The notes: generated by a model from the sequence alone, not told the origin. A stretch of DNA of 64,000 nucleotides from Vicugna vicugna (GCA_013265495.1 MU057887.1:2947576-3011575), one strand, 5' to 3'; shown: positions 24,566 to 36,815, counted from the stretch's first letter. Program-made: numbers and translations.

Positions 24566-27049
24566 CCTGGGTCCACAGACGCCGTCCTGGGGAGACATGG
24601 ACGGGCCTGGCCCCTGGCATCCCACGGAGAGCCCCCGACGCAGCCTGTTCTCTGGCCGATGCGGCCCCATCTGGCGGGTGTCTCCCACCCTGCGCTGCAC
24701 CCCGACCCCTGTGCGGAAGGGCTGGGGGGAGGCAGAGCCGTAAACAACCCCTCTTATTCTTCCTGTCACGACGCTTCGTCACAGCCGGGGAGCTCCCGGC
24801 ATCTGGCCGTGATGAGACACTTCGGCTCCCACCCCCGAGGGCCCTGTGCACCCCGGCCACGCAGGAAGCCAGCTGCCGGCCCCGCTCCCCACTTCCTCCT
24901 AAGTGAGCCGGGCTCCACATGACACCCCACAGAGAGGGGCCTCGGCCCTCCTGTCCCCACCGCTGTCCCCACCACCGGCTGTTGCGGAGGAAGGGCGGCC
25001 GAGGGGAGGCCTGGGCAAGGCCCTTTCCCCGGGTTTCGTCCCTGGGACACTTAGAGCTGCTTTGCTTGTTTGGAACATTTCATTTGCAAATAACTCTGCA
25101 TTTAACTACGTCAGATTAGAGACGCAGACTTTGCAGATTTGTGGAGCCGTTGCGTACGCTCCAGAAACCACACTCAGAATCAGACCCACGACGGCATTCT
25201 GGAGATTTACGTACAAACGGCAAGAGCTCATTTGAACAGCTCAGCTTGGAGACGTAACTGGTGGTCTCGGGTACCGGCTGGCGCGGCTGGCTGGGGGGCC
25301 GGGAGCCCAGCGCTCCACGCCTCCTCACTCCCTGGGCTGGTCCTCACGGCAGCACCCCCTGCTCATCCCTGCAGCCCGTCCTCCCTGCCTCCGGGAGCCC
25401 AGGAGGCTCGGGAGGGTCCCTGCACCTTCTCTGTGTCTCCCCTTCCCCTCCCTCTCCTCCTCCTTCTTAACTAAGGCTCTATTTTTCAGAGCAATTTGAG
25501 GTTCAAGCTACAACTGAGCGAAAGGGTCCAGGCAGCCTCTGTGCACGTGGGAGGCAGGTGATGTGCAGGTTCGGCCTCTCTTTCCGCCGTCCAGGTGTGC
25601 GTTCCAACGAGCAGGTGAGCCTCCAGCCTCCGCCAAGACCCAGCTAGAGCTCTGCTGAGGAAGGCGGTTCCTGGCAGCGGCCGCTCCTGAAGCCACCTGG
25701 GAGGAGCGTGAGGGACGCTGAAACCCAGCCCCCGCCCGGATGTCCTGATCCGGTCAGTCTTGGTGTGGCCGGCTGGCAGGCCTGGGACAGCCCTGGGGGA
25801 CTCTATCATGCAAGGACGTCTGACTCAGGGACTCGGCCCCGGGGACACGCAGCAGCCAGAGCAGGTCCAGCGGGCACCCGAGCCTCCACGCTGCAGGCAA
25901 ACGCCCCCCCCAGAAGGTTGCAGCTTGTTCGCGGCCCGCCTGGATTTAAGGTCCACTGAGGAGGGGCTCCGAGGGGCCGAGTCAGTACTCGCTGGGTGAA
26001 CGAATACATAAGGTGGACGTGCTTGCTCTCCGCCCTGCCCTGTGACCCCGGGGCTGAGGTCACCAGCACAATTAATGGCGCTGTCAATACTGCATAAGTG
26101 AGTCGCGTGTGCCCCGCCGGGAGCCGCGACTCCGGGAAGGTGACCGGGTCCGCGGCCAGACCGCCAGCCCCCAGGCCCCACGTGTGCATGGCGGTGCCGC
26201 CAGACAACAGTCTGATTGTATTAGTTGAGGGTAATTTTCACACTTCACAGCAGCTGCCCGGTTTACCTCCAGATTCTGCTGACTCTACGAAGAATTTGCA
26301 CAATAAAATAATGGGAAAACTAAGATAACCAGCGAAGCCAAACCAGAAGCCTCATTCCATCAAACCCTCGGAGCAGAGCGCGCTAACGGCCCGGGTCAGG
26401 CTCTGCCCACCCCGCACCATCTGCAGCTCTGTCCCCGGGGGGCCTGGGCCGCCTACACCTCAACTTTCTGTCGCAGACTCTGCACCGTGCTGGGTTTGCC
26501 TCGCGTTCTGCTTGTTTGGGGTCTGGCTTTGATGCCACACGCATTTGTGAGTTTGGAGGTTGGGCACCTGTGTGGCGTGGGCTCTGGTTCTGGGAGGGGG
26601 CGAACCTGGGACAGGGGCCAGAGAAGAAAGGTCCTGGGGGTCGGGGCAGGCTCCTCGGGCGAGGGGCAGCTCAGTGGACGGGCGCAGAGGGAAGGAGGGA
26701 AGGAAGGGTGCGCCTTTCACTCTGCAAGGCGGGGGGGACCCCACTTGTAGGGCTGACGCTTGCTGGGTCGGGGGGTCGGTGGTGACCCCCCCAAGAGACC
26801 CCCGCAGCCTAGCTGTCAGAGACTTTGAATGTGATGCCACTTGGCAAAGAGTCTTTGCAGGCATGATTGAGGCTCTCAGGGCGCGACCACCCGGACTCAG
26901 GCTGAGCCCTGAACCTGCTGACAGATGTCTTGACACGAGAGGATAAAGGCGGGTTTTGAGACTCAGACGTGCTGGGGAAGGAGGCCACTGGAAGCCAGGG
27001 GCAGAGACGGGGGTGAAGCCACGAGGCAGGGAGGCCTCGACCCACCAGA

Positions 27050-27159
27050 GCCTTCTCTTTTTAAAAGACTGTCTTTTCATGGAGGCACTGGGGATTGAAC
27101 CCAGGACCCCATGCATGCTAAGCACGTGCTCTACCACTGAGCTAGACCTAACCTCCCCC
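27050..27159 (-). mobile_element. Vic-1-type tRNA-Ala-derived SINE (camelid)
   Basis: Reverse complement reads ggtctagctcagtggtagagcacgtgcttagcatgcatggggtcctgggttcaatccccagtgcctcca plus an A-rich tail; A and B boxes intact. Confidence 0.9.
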
Positions 27160-27524
27160 ACCCCGCCACCCAACACAGCCTTGAGAGAAGTGAGGAAGTG
27201 TCCTCTCTGAGAGCCAGGAGGGAGCCCGGCCCTACTGGCATCTGGCTTCCAGACTCTGGCCCCCTGACCATGAGAGCCCCCAGGTCCCCACTGTCTGCGT
27301 GGCAGCCGCGGGAGCTCAGTCTCTACCAGGAACCTTCTCCTGGCTCCACGGGTGTCACCAGGCTCAGCCTCCCACACGGCCTGTGAGCTGGACCGAACTG
27401 TCCCACCGTCCCGGAGCTGAGCTGGGACTTAGACCCGTCAAAGCCCACGTGCACAGTCAGGAAGGGAGCGGGTCCCTGTGGCCCCCGTGTATGGGGAATT
27501 TCACTTACAAGGCTGGGAGTCTGG

Positions 27525-27600
27525 GCGGGTCCCATGTTACGGATGGGGTGATTTGCCCAAGGTCACAGGCACCAGACAGGTGTGGAGCTGAGCGGGGCCA
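27525..27600 (+). mobile_element. MIR fragment
   Basis: cccatgttacggatggggtgatttgcccaaggtcacaggc. Confidence 0.5.
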
Positions 27601-28879
27601 GAGCCCTGTGAGCACAGGACAGCCAGGTGGTCTGGGGCAGGAGGAGAATCGGGAGGCTACAGAAGCAAAGGAGGCCCTTGGGGGGCAGGTGGGGCTTCAT
27701 CCGTGGGGGAGGGACAGGGCAACAGGAGGGACTGGACCAGGCAGCTTTGGGCTGGGGGCCACCGCCTGTCCCTGCAGGAGGGCTCCGAAGGGTATCCCCG
27801 CGGAGCACAGGGTCAGGACAAGGGAGGGTGAGCAGCGGGCCCGGACGTCCCAGTTCATTACGAGGGCAGAATGTGCGGGGCATCACGGGGCCCTTCAAAC
27901 AGCTTTTTAAATACATGTTCAACATCTGCTAATTGGGTGTGGGAACAGCCATTAATCTAATAATAACCCTTATGTAATCTTCTCTTTTGTTCAAAGTCAA
28001 GGAGTTTTAAAACATCTCACGTGGCCAAACGTGCCAGCCTTCTCCCGTTCTGTGGTTCTCTTCGGTCCCGCCCTGTTTCCGTGACTCCACCTGGGGAGCC
28101 ACCGCCCACTGCAGGGGTGGGTACTTCCGAGCACCCTGCCAACCACCTGGATTGTCTTTAAAAGTTCTCTCTTCTCGTCCAGTTCTTGTATCCATGAGCT
28201 CTGGGGCATTTTAGGGACAGTTTAGGCGCCTTCATTTTCTCTGCTGATTTTCCATGTCAAGCAGCTTCTTAGAAGGCATGTTGATGGCTCTGATATTGAA
28301 GAAGAGAGGACCACTTTCCCCTGGTGAAGCCACGAAGGCTCCCCAAGAACCCGTGGGCCCCCGCACTCCCCAGGACACGGAGGCATGGGGCCAGGCCTGG
28401 CCAAATAAAAGGAATTGAAAGGACTTGGGTCAAGCTGGTCGCAGTCTGGCGTCCTCCCGCAGCCTCTCCTGGGCTGGGTGGGGACGGAAGGGCCCTGAGA
28501 GCCTGCAGCTGTGAAGGAGAAGTAGCTGGGTCCCTGCGTCACCCCCGGGGAGCCCTGGACAGGAGCGTCAGCTGACTTTCCTCCCGGCTGGAGGGCAGGG
28601 GTGTGGCCTGTCACACAATTTCCTAAGAGGAAAGAGGGGGCAGTTGTGAATGGTTTTGTGATCCCACCTTAGGGTGCTGTCTACACCCTGCCCCTTGTGA
28701 ATGTCAGCGTGGACCCTGAGTGACTGCCAGCTCGTGAGGGGTCAGTGCTTGCTGGCCCTGCATGACCTGTGGTGCCATCTATCGGAAGTACCTAACAATC
28801 CTCACGTAGCAGGCAAAGGTAGGCGGTGCCAGGCTGGGGCAGGGGGTGACTCCACCATCTCAAAACACAGCTTCTAACT

Positions 28880-29065
28880 CTGGGCCCAGAGTGGCTGCTC
28901 TCGCCCCTGCCATCACATCTGTATTTCAGTTAACTGGAAAGAAGAACAGGGCAAAGGGAGTGCATGCCCATTATTTTGAAGACCATTGCCCCGAAGAGGC
29001 ACACATCCCTTCTGCCTATGTGCCGTCACCAAAACTTAGTCACATGGCCACACCTAGCTCACCTC
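28880..29065. mobile_element. Old MLT1 (MLT1J/K type) fragment
   Basis: gtggctgctctcgcccctgccatcacatctgtatttcag...aaacttagtcacatggccacacctagct. Confidence 0.65.
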
Positions 29066-29724
29066 TCGCCAGGCAGGCATGTGCCTGGGTGAGCTTGGGA
29101 GTGTCTCCTAGATTAAGGGGACGTGGGAGGCTGGAGGTTGATGAGGACTGGCAGCCACGGCTGTGGGCCCCTCCCCCACCAGCGCTGGTCCTGACGGCGC
29201 ACACCCCAGCTGCCCTGGAGGCCAGAGGGCGGGGTGAGGACCTGGGTGAATTTGCTACAGTGACCTGTTCTGGATTTCCCTGGCGTTTGCATGTCTCAAT
29301 ACGGGCACTGTTTCGTGTGGGCCAGGGGTGGGGAGGACATGGAGTGGGTCTGCCCTGGCCTCTTCCTGCTGCCCCTGTGTCTCATCCAGGCTACATTCGC
29401 CCCAGGCCAAGTGTCCAGGTTTGCGTGGCAGGTCCCCTCCCTGGGGCTGTGTGAGAATGGTTGGTGTCATGCCCTCTGACCCCAGGGACGAGGAGCAGGG
29501 CTCAGCTCAGTGCTCTTTGCTAAGCGGCATCTGGCAAGCAGCTTCCCTTTTTCCCACAGTCCAGCCCCCTGCTTTGCTTCGCAGAGTCTGGGTCTCCCCT
29601 CCCAGCAGGGAGCTGAAGGAAGGTGGGGTGACTGAGTATTGAAAAAGATGATTTTACAGAGAAACACCCCGCGAGACCTCGACCTCCGGCTCTGCAGATC
29701 AGCGAGTGTGTGAGTGAGATTCAG

Positions 29725-29800
29725 CCCTGCCCCCTCCCCTCCCATTTTTCTTCCCCCCTACCCTCCCTCCTCTCCCCTCCCCTCCTCTCCCCTCCTCCCC
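29725..29800. repeat. C/T-rich low-complexity tract
   Basis: cccctcccctccc...ccctccctcctctcccctcccctcctctcccctcctcccc. Confidence 0.8.
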
Positions 29801-32800
29801 AGGCACCCAGCCAGGGGCAGCTCCTCCCACACAGCATCCTGCAGGAGGGAGTGTGGGGACCACCCCCTCCAAGGCAGCCTCCCCCAGCCCCTCTGCGTGG
29901 CCCCCAGCCGAGGAAGCTGCCCACAGGACACTGTCCTCTTCTCCCCATACGGGGTGCCCCCGCGGGCCTCCTAGACCCAACAGGGATTGGAGGACAGGCA
30001 TAGAGCTGGCAACTCAACTCCGCCCTCCCGCCGTCCTCCCTCCTCCCCCGGAAAGCATCACTGGGGAGGACTCACCTCTGTTCAAAACAAAACAAAGCAA
30101 CCCCTTTGCCTGGGGCGGGACTCACCTCTGTGGTCCTGGAAGCCTTCCCGTCTCCCAGCTCCGCTGACCAGGGCTGCTTCTCTGACTCAGTAGGATGGCT
30201 ATTCCTGCCTCTCCCACCTCAGCAGGTGACAGAACGGAGGCCCAGGAGAGCCCAATCCCACAGCTAGTCAGTGCGGCCTGTTCTGGATCATCTGGCTTAG
30301 AACTCGGAAGCTTTGTCCTGGACCACGTGAACCCACTGACCCCGTGATGGAGGGGATACCTGCCACGAGCCTGGGGTTCAGGACAGGTCAGGAGTCCCCC
30401 CGGGGCTCCACCCACGCAGGTCCAGCACAGGCTGAGAGGAGCAGGGTTCTGGATGGCACAGGAGGAGAGCAGGGGCTTCTGGATGTTTCTAGGACCTGGG
30501 AGGGGCCCGCTGGGAAATGGCATGGGTGGTGCTAAGGTCAGGAAGTGGGCAGGAGGGCCCAGTCAGACGCCCATGTCACATGGGCGTGCAGGGGTCCGTA
30601 GGGCCCAGGAAGCCCCCCACAGGGGTGCCGTTCTGTGGGAGTCATGGCCAGGGCACTCCTTCCAGAAGGAGCTTTAGAACCTAATTTCTAAGTTGTCTCT
30701 GTGCCGACAAGTGGACGAGTTCTTGGTCGGGGCACACACTGATAGCACAGCCCTGGTCCTAAACCCCACAGAAGTGGGATGCCCTTGGGGACCACGATTC
30801 AGGCCAGTGAGGCTAGTTTCAGTTCCTTCCCAATGTAAAAGTCTGCCTGGACCCCAACAGGGTGGAGTCACCTGCACAGTCAGACCCCACCCCATCTAGA
30901 GGGGGTTCTTAACGCCCCCCTAGAAGGGGGTGGGGAGGGACAGGTATGAGGATGAGCACACGACATGGGTCCAAGGTAGGTAAGGAGGGGGTGGCGGGTT
31001 ACAGGACTGGGGGTGGGGGCGGTCCCGGCACCGCGGACCCAGCGTTGGGGCAGAGAGAGGAACGTGGTCACCGGAATTCGAAGGCGGAGCCACTGGGAGG
31101 CAGTGGAGGTCGCGATCTTGCAAGAGATAGAGCTCGAGGAGTAAGCGGCTGGCATGTTGGAGGAGACATTCACACAGACACCGAAGTGACCAGTTATGAC
31201 AAGATGTAGTGGAGGCTGCAAGCCGATGGCAGGGACGGGGCTCCGGGAGAACTCCAACAGCTGACAGTGAACGTGTGTCCTAGCGTTCCAAAGGGGCCAG
31301 CGTCACTTAGCTTCGAGCCGTATCCTGTCTGCAAGGCAGCCAGGAGGCCTCAGTCATCCCTGCACCTGGCAAAGGTGTGGAGGCTGGTGGAGGACAGAGG
31401 TTTCCCCGAGGAGGAGACAGACACGTACCCTTCTCTCCTCGGCAGCGGAACGTAAAACCGGAAAGTGTGGTTTTCCCCTCTTTGCAAGGTGAGCGTCCCT
31501 CCCTGAGGCAGCTCTGGGTTACACGAGTGTGGCCGTTCACCCAGAGATCAGTGCCATCTGGAAAGGTCCTTCCTTGTCCCCGAGAACCTGCAGCACGTGT
31601 GGTCCTGCATCCGGGGCAGGAGCGTCCTGAAGACAAGCAAACTGCCAGTCGTGGCCGCAGCGCGGCCAGTGGGGGCTGTGCCCAGGGGAAGGGACATCAC
31701 GACCGTAGGCGTCACGCAGAGGGGAGGGGGCCCTCCAGCTAAGTGCGGGGCTTAGTACACCCCAAGTCCCCCGCTGCCAAAACCGCGCTTGGGCCGGCTG
31801 CCCCCGATGGAGCCTGGGAGACGGCCCCGGGCGCATGCGCAGCTGCTTGAGTCAGACAATAAACGGCGTTTGAAAAATTAGTCCCACGGGTCAAGCAGGA
31901 GTCTCCTTCAAATGCCCATCACTTCACACTAACCACTTCCAATTTCCTCTTGAGTTATTACGTTCATGGACCCGTGGGCGCACCTCAGCCAGAACAAATG
32001 GGCGGCGTCTTCCCCAGCACAAAAGGCAGGAGGATGAAGTCCATTGTGCTTTGTGCAGCCGTCCAGCAGCCTGGCCTCCTGCACCCACGAGGCTGATGGC
32101 AGCCTTTGTGTCTGATTTAAATGCAGACGATGGAGCCGGTCCAGGTTTGAGCCCGGAGTAGACCATGAGCCCCCGGCTCCCATCAGCCTGCAGATGGGCA
32201 CTGGGGTGAACATGATCTGGAGGATGCCCTGGGCTTCCTGCCGCATGCCTGGCAGCACGGGGCTCCCACAGGGCACACCCTGGGGCTTGTCTGGAGCAAT
32301 GGATGCAGTGTCTGGAGGCGTTGCCTGAGAACCACTCCAGCCTTCCCGAGACGCCTTCATTTGGTGCCTTGTTCAAACACGAGTGGGTCCCCCAACTGCA
32401 CAGGGGACGCTGTGCCCTGGAGGTGTCTGAATCCCACACAGCGCATAAGATCTGCATAAAATGGGGCTTGTAGGACAGCATCAGACCTGGGGCCACGGTC
32501 ACAGGCCAAGGCAGATCTTCCTGCTGTGACAGTTTCATCTGAAGAGCTTGTGTTGCCACTGGCCCTGCCAAACCCAGGTGGGGAGTCCCTTCTCAAGGGC
32601 CCCGGAGGAGCCAGGCTGGGGAGGGGGGAGGCAGCCTCATGGCCAGGCTGGAAAAAGTGGCCGGGAGCGGCTGCCCACAGCACTCAGGCAGCAGGTGGGG
32701 GAGGAGGGACGGGGCTGCGGCCAGAGGTCTGAGGGGCAGGTGTCAGGTGGGCGAAGGTGGAGAAAGACAATTCTAGAAGCTGCCCCCACGCGCCTGAGCA

Positions 32801-35199
32801 GACGTCCTGTGCACCCTTTCTTCCCCTATGTGTGGCTCACGCACAGGGGCCTGCCTTCGGCCAGACCTGGGTTTGGGGTGCATCGCTGCCCCGATCAGCC
32901 ATAGGGCCTGGGGGTGGGGGCACCTGCCTCCTCCTCAGTCCACTTGCATCAAGTGGGGGCTTCGTGCTCACGGCACAGGAGTTACAAGGATGACACACGG
33001 TCCTCATTACTGCTTTCCGGTCACGACTCATGGATAACATTTAAAAACAAAAGCAAAAAGCAAAAAAACTCCCCCCAAAACAAAAAACCCACAACCACCC
33101 TGGATTAATAATGATCAACTCTACCCTTTTCTCCGCTAAGAGGCGTGTGTAATTCCAAGACACCCCGTGACCGCAGCCATGAAGATGCAATAAAGGCCTC
33201 CGCAAGGCTCCTCTGAGCCCTCTTCCCAGTCAGGCCTCCCCATTCTGACCTCCGTGTCCGTCTGGGCAAAGCTCGGCCCCTCCCGGGGCAGCCCCGGCTC
33301 CGCAGGACGGCGGACCGTCGCCCCAGCCTGCAGGGGAAGACGCGCTCTGCTCCCGGCCGCTCCCGCAGACCCACCTGCACTTTGTCCTTGTCCCTGTGCC
33401 CCTGGTGGCCACCAGGCCACCTCCTCCTGGCCTCCCAGCTCCCACAGGACAGGGGTCCCGTGGCATCCACGCCTGCACTAAAGCGGTCATGCATCTCAGA
33501 GTAAGAGCCAGGAGAAACCTCATTCTTTTCCTTTCTTTTACCAGAAATGCAAAGTTTTCGTGTAATTGGCTACATGACGCTACCTCTCCAGGGCGGGCAG
33601 GAGTGGCCATGTCACAGGACCGCATCTTCTGGAGATGATCCGCCTCCTTCCTGGAAGGGACTGCTCGGCCCCTCAGAGTAGGCAGAGAATAGCCCTGAGA
33701 TTGGACATTGGTGACAGAAGCTGATGGGGGTAAGGATGTCGATGAAAGTAGGTGCTAGCATTTCGGGGGGTCACCTGCGCGTGAGAAAGGGCCCTAACTC
33801 ACCCCTCCTGCCCCGCCTGGTGTGTTCACACCAGACCCAGGTGACTCCCGGCTGATGGGAAAGTAAGTCATTAAGATGAACCGTGTGACTCAGCAAAGGC
33901 CTCGCTGTGCTGCCGGCTCCCCTGGAGGAAGCCGCGGGAGTGCACGTGGAGGCGAAATGAAACCAGACGCCGCTTGGTGCCGGACAGACGGCTCTCTCCC
34001 TCCACCCTGCTCCAGCACAGTGTCAATGTTCCATTTCTCAGTGCTTGTTGGAGATGAAACATCTCTTGCGCATCACGCTCGGAAACAGTGCAGAGGGCGA
34101 CGGAGGACGCGTGGCGCCCGAGCGCTGGGGGAGGAGCATGGGGCCGCTTGCTGGGTGTCAGCTGAACGAGGCTCTGGCATCAGCGTGCGTACCTCTGCTG
34201 CTCGTGGCTTCTCAGAAACGTGGGTAGAATGATGCGTGCTTTAAGGACAGTAGGCCAGGGAGCCTGGGGGCGGCCGGGGCCAGCAAGGCTGCCTCCCTCT
34301 GGGGAACGGGCCTTTGGCCTGAACCTGGACAGGCTCTCTGTGAAGTGACATCACCTCCCTGAACCAAGAAAGGAGGCCGAGTGCACTGGTCAGGAGGGAG
34401 CCCAGGGCTGGCGGGGCTGGCAGGGCCGGCGGTGGGCAGGGACCGGGGGCGGCCCTGCTCACTCAGGCTGACAGTCCCGCTGTGGCCACAGAGCGCCCAC
34501 CACCTCCAGGCGCAGCCTCTGAGGACAGCCCAGGGCCTTGGTGGGAGGCGCGGTTGCCGTGGTGATGCTGCAGCTGGACAGCCAGCCAGGGTGGGCCAGG
34601 GTGGGCCAGGGTGGGCCTGGGCCGGGGCCTCATTGCCCGTCACCGGCTGGCCCATGCCCTGTGGCTCGGGGTGGACTCCCAGACCAGGCTCCTCCCGGTC
34701 CCCTTCCTGTTCTCTTGTCCAGAACCCACGGGCAGGGCGTGTCCTGTGCAGACTGAGCAGAGCACCATTGCCGTGGCGCGGGGCAGCTGGGACCCACGGG
34801 GCCCAGGTGTGGGCCGTTTTCACCCTGCCTTCGGGAATCTGCCCTACGGAAAATCTGAAGAGCCCGATAGCCGTCTGAGCCGGGCTGGATGCCTGGGCCG
34901 CGTGGCCGGGACATCGTGCTGCGCCTGGACTTGGGAACAGACGCCGATCCTGGAGCTCAAGACACTGGACACGCGGGGCTGGGGACAGAGCTGGGGCCAC
35001 GCCCCCCAGGCCAGGGCGGACTGGGGGGAGGGGCAGGACGGGCAAGGGGGCGGGGCTGACGCCAGAGGGAAGCAGCTGCGGGTCCTCAGCCCCGCCCTGT
35101 CCCGATGGGGGAGGGGCCAGTGGTGGGGTCGCTTTCTAAGAAGGTATAGAAATATAACTGAAATTTCTAATGAGCACATCTTGTGACGTTGTCATGTTC

Positions 35200-36060
35200 C
35201 TCATTTTCCTTCTCACAGCTCTGAGCGCTGGACGGGCCCCCTCCCAGTGCGGCGCATCGCCGCCCGCGCTGAAGGGCGCGGGCCACCTCCTCCTCGGCTC
35301 TGGGGCTCTGTCCCTGAGCCCCCCTGTGGCCCCCGGGCCCCCTCCTCGGCTCTCAGGACTCTGTCCCTGAGCGCCCCTGCGGTCCCCGGGCCCCCGGGCC
35401 CCCTCCTCGGCTCTGGGGCTCTGTCCCTGAGCCCCCCTGTGGCCCCCGGGCCCCCTCCTCGGCTCTCAGGACTCTGTCCCTGAGCGCCCCTGCGGTCCCC
35501 GGGCCCCCGGGCCCCCTCCTCGGCTCTGGGGCTCTGTCCCTGAGCCCCCCTGTGGCCCCCGGGCCCCCTCCTCGGCTCTCGGGGCTCTGTCCCTGAGCCC
35601 CCCTGCGGCGTCTGGGCCCCCGGGCCCCGGGCCTGTGCGCTCAGGGCCGGCCTCCCCTTCCTCCGGGCAGCGTTTCCGTCCGGCCGGTGTTACTGCTGCG
35701 GTGCGCGTCGCAATGCGCTAACGAAGTGTGAGTTTCTGGGAGCTTTTCCTGGTGGTGGTGGTTTCTGTTCAGATTTTTGAAAGTTTCTCCTTTGGCTAGG
35801 TTTGAATTGTGCTTTTCGCGCGTTTTCCCCACTTCCGCTAAGGGGCGGGTTTGCTGGCAACGCCGGCCGCGGGGTGGCCGTCGGGGGTGCAGCCGGGTCC
35901 GCGCCTGACGCGCGGGTGTGCGTCCTCGCGTCTCGGCGCGCCAAGCCGCCCCGGAGCTCGTCCGCTGCGCGAAGCCTCTCAGCAGCCGCCCCGGGCCTCG
36001 TCCGCTCTCCCTGCCGCCCGCTTCTCGCTTCGCCGACTGCTGGCCACGCCTTCACTGCTC
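35200..36060. promoter_or_regulatory. CpG island (VNTR plus L1-derived part); possible 5' splice donor near 35727
   Basis: Very high CpG density; GC box ggggcggg near 35840; GTGAGT donor-like hexamer after ...aacgaagt. Confidence 0.5.
35286..35625. repeat. GC-rich VNTR with 113-bp higher-order unit (52-bp A + 61-bp B; order A-B-A-B-A-A')
   Basis: ggctctggggctctgtccctgag recurs at 35296, 35409 and 35522 (113-bp spacing), alternating with the ggctctcaggactctgtccctgagcg variant. Confidence 0.9.
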
Positions 36061-36547
36061 CCTTCCTTCCAACTGTTTTGGTTCAGTTTGCTTTACCCCA
36101 TAACCAGCTTCTTATGACCAGAATTATGTACAATTGCATTCAGCGCTTCTTCTCTTTAAACCTAAACCTTCAGCTCCAAAACCCCCTGTAAGGACTAAGC
36201 GCCCACCCCTCATTTCTACGTGTTTGTGCTCGTTACTCTTCAGCGTGACTCTCTCCGCTATTCCTTGCAGTTTCCCTCTCTGACCCATGAGCTATTTGGA
36301 TGTGATTTATTTGAGATTATATATATGTGTGTGTGTGTTGTGTGTTTTTATGTAACAGTTCTATCACTGATTTTAATTCCGTTATGATTAGAAAATATGA
36401 TTTGCATGATTTCAGCCTTTTGCATTTTATTGAGATTTGTTTTAAGGCTCAATTTCTGTTTTTTGAAAATGGTTCTGTGAGTGCTTGGAAAGAGTGAAGA
36501 TTCAAGTTTTGGCTGGCAGTGGTCTGGAAATGCACATTAGTTTAAGT

Positions 36548-36815
36548 GGAAGAGGAGGGTGGAGGGATAAACTGGGAGCTCAGGATTTGCAGATCCTAAC
36601 CACTCTACATAAAACAGATAAACAGCAAGGCCCTACCGTGCAGCACAGGGAACTATATTCAAGACCATGTAATAGCCTATAATGAAAAAGAACATGAAAA
36701 GGAATGTGTGTGTGTGTGTGTGTGTGTAGCTGAATGACTCTGTGGTGCACCAGAAATTAACACAACGTTGTAAACTGATTATACTTCAATTAAAAAAAAA
36801 AATAAAAAAATAAAT
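36548..36815 (+). mobile_element. Cetartiodactyl L1 3' end inserted into the older L1
   Basis: gggataaactgggagctcaggatttgcagat...aaacagataaacagcaaggccctaccgtgcagcacagggaactatattcaa...(tg)n...ttgtaaactgattatacttcaatt plus a poly-A tail. Confidence 0.9.

Noticed and set aside
27079-27150. tRNA-Ala(AGC)-like gene
   Set aside because: Acceptor stem disrupted and A-rich tail present; it is a SINE. The copy at 9436 is more diverged still.
26460-27377. 305-aa minus-strand ORF
   Set aside because: Reads through a Vic-1 SINE; GC-rich noise.
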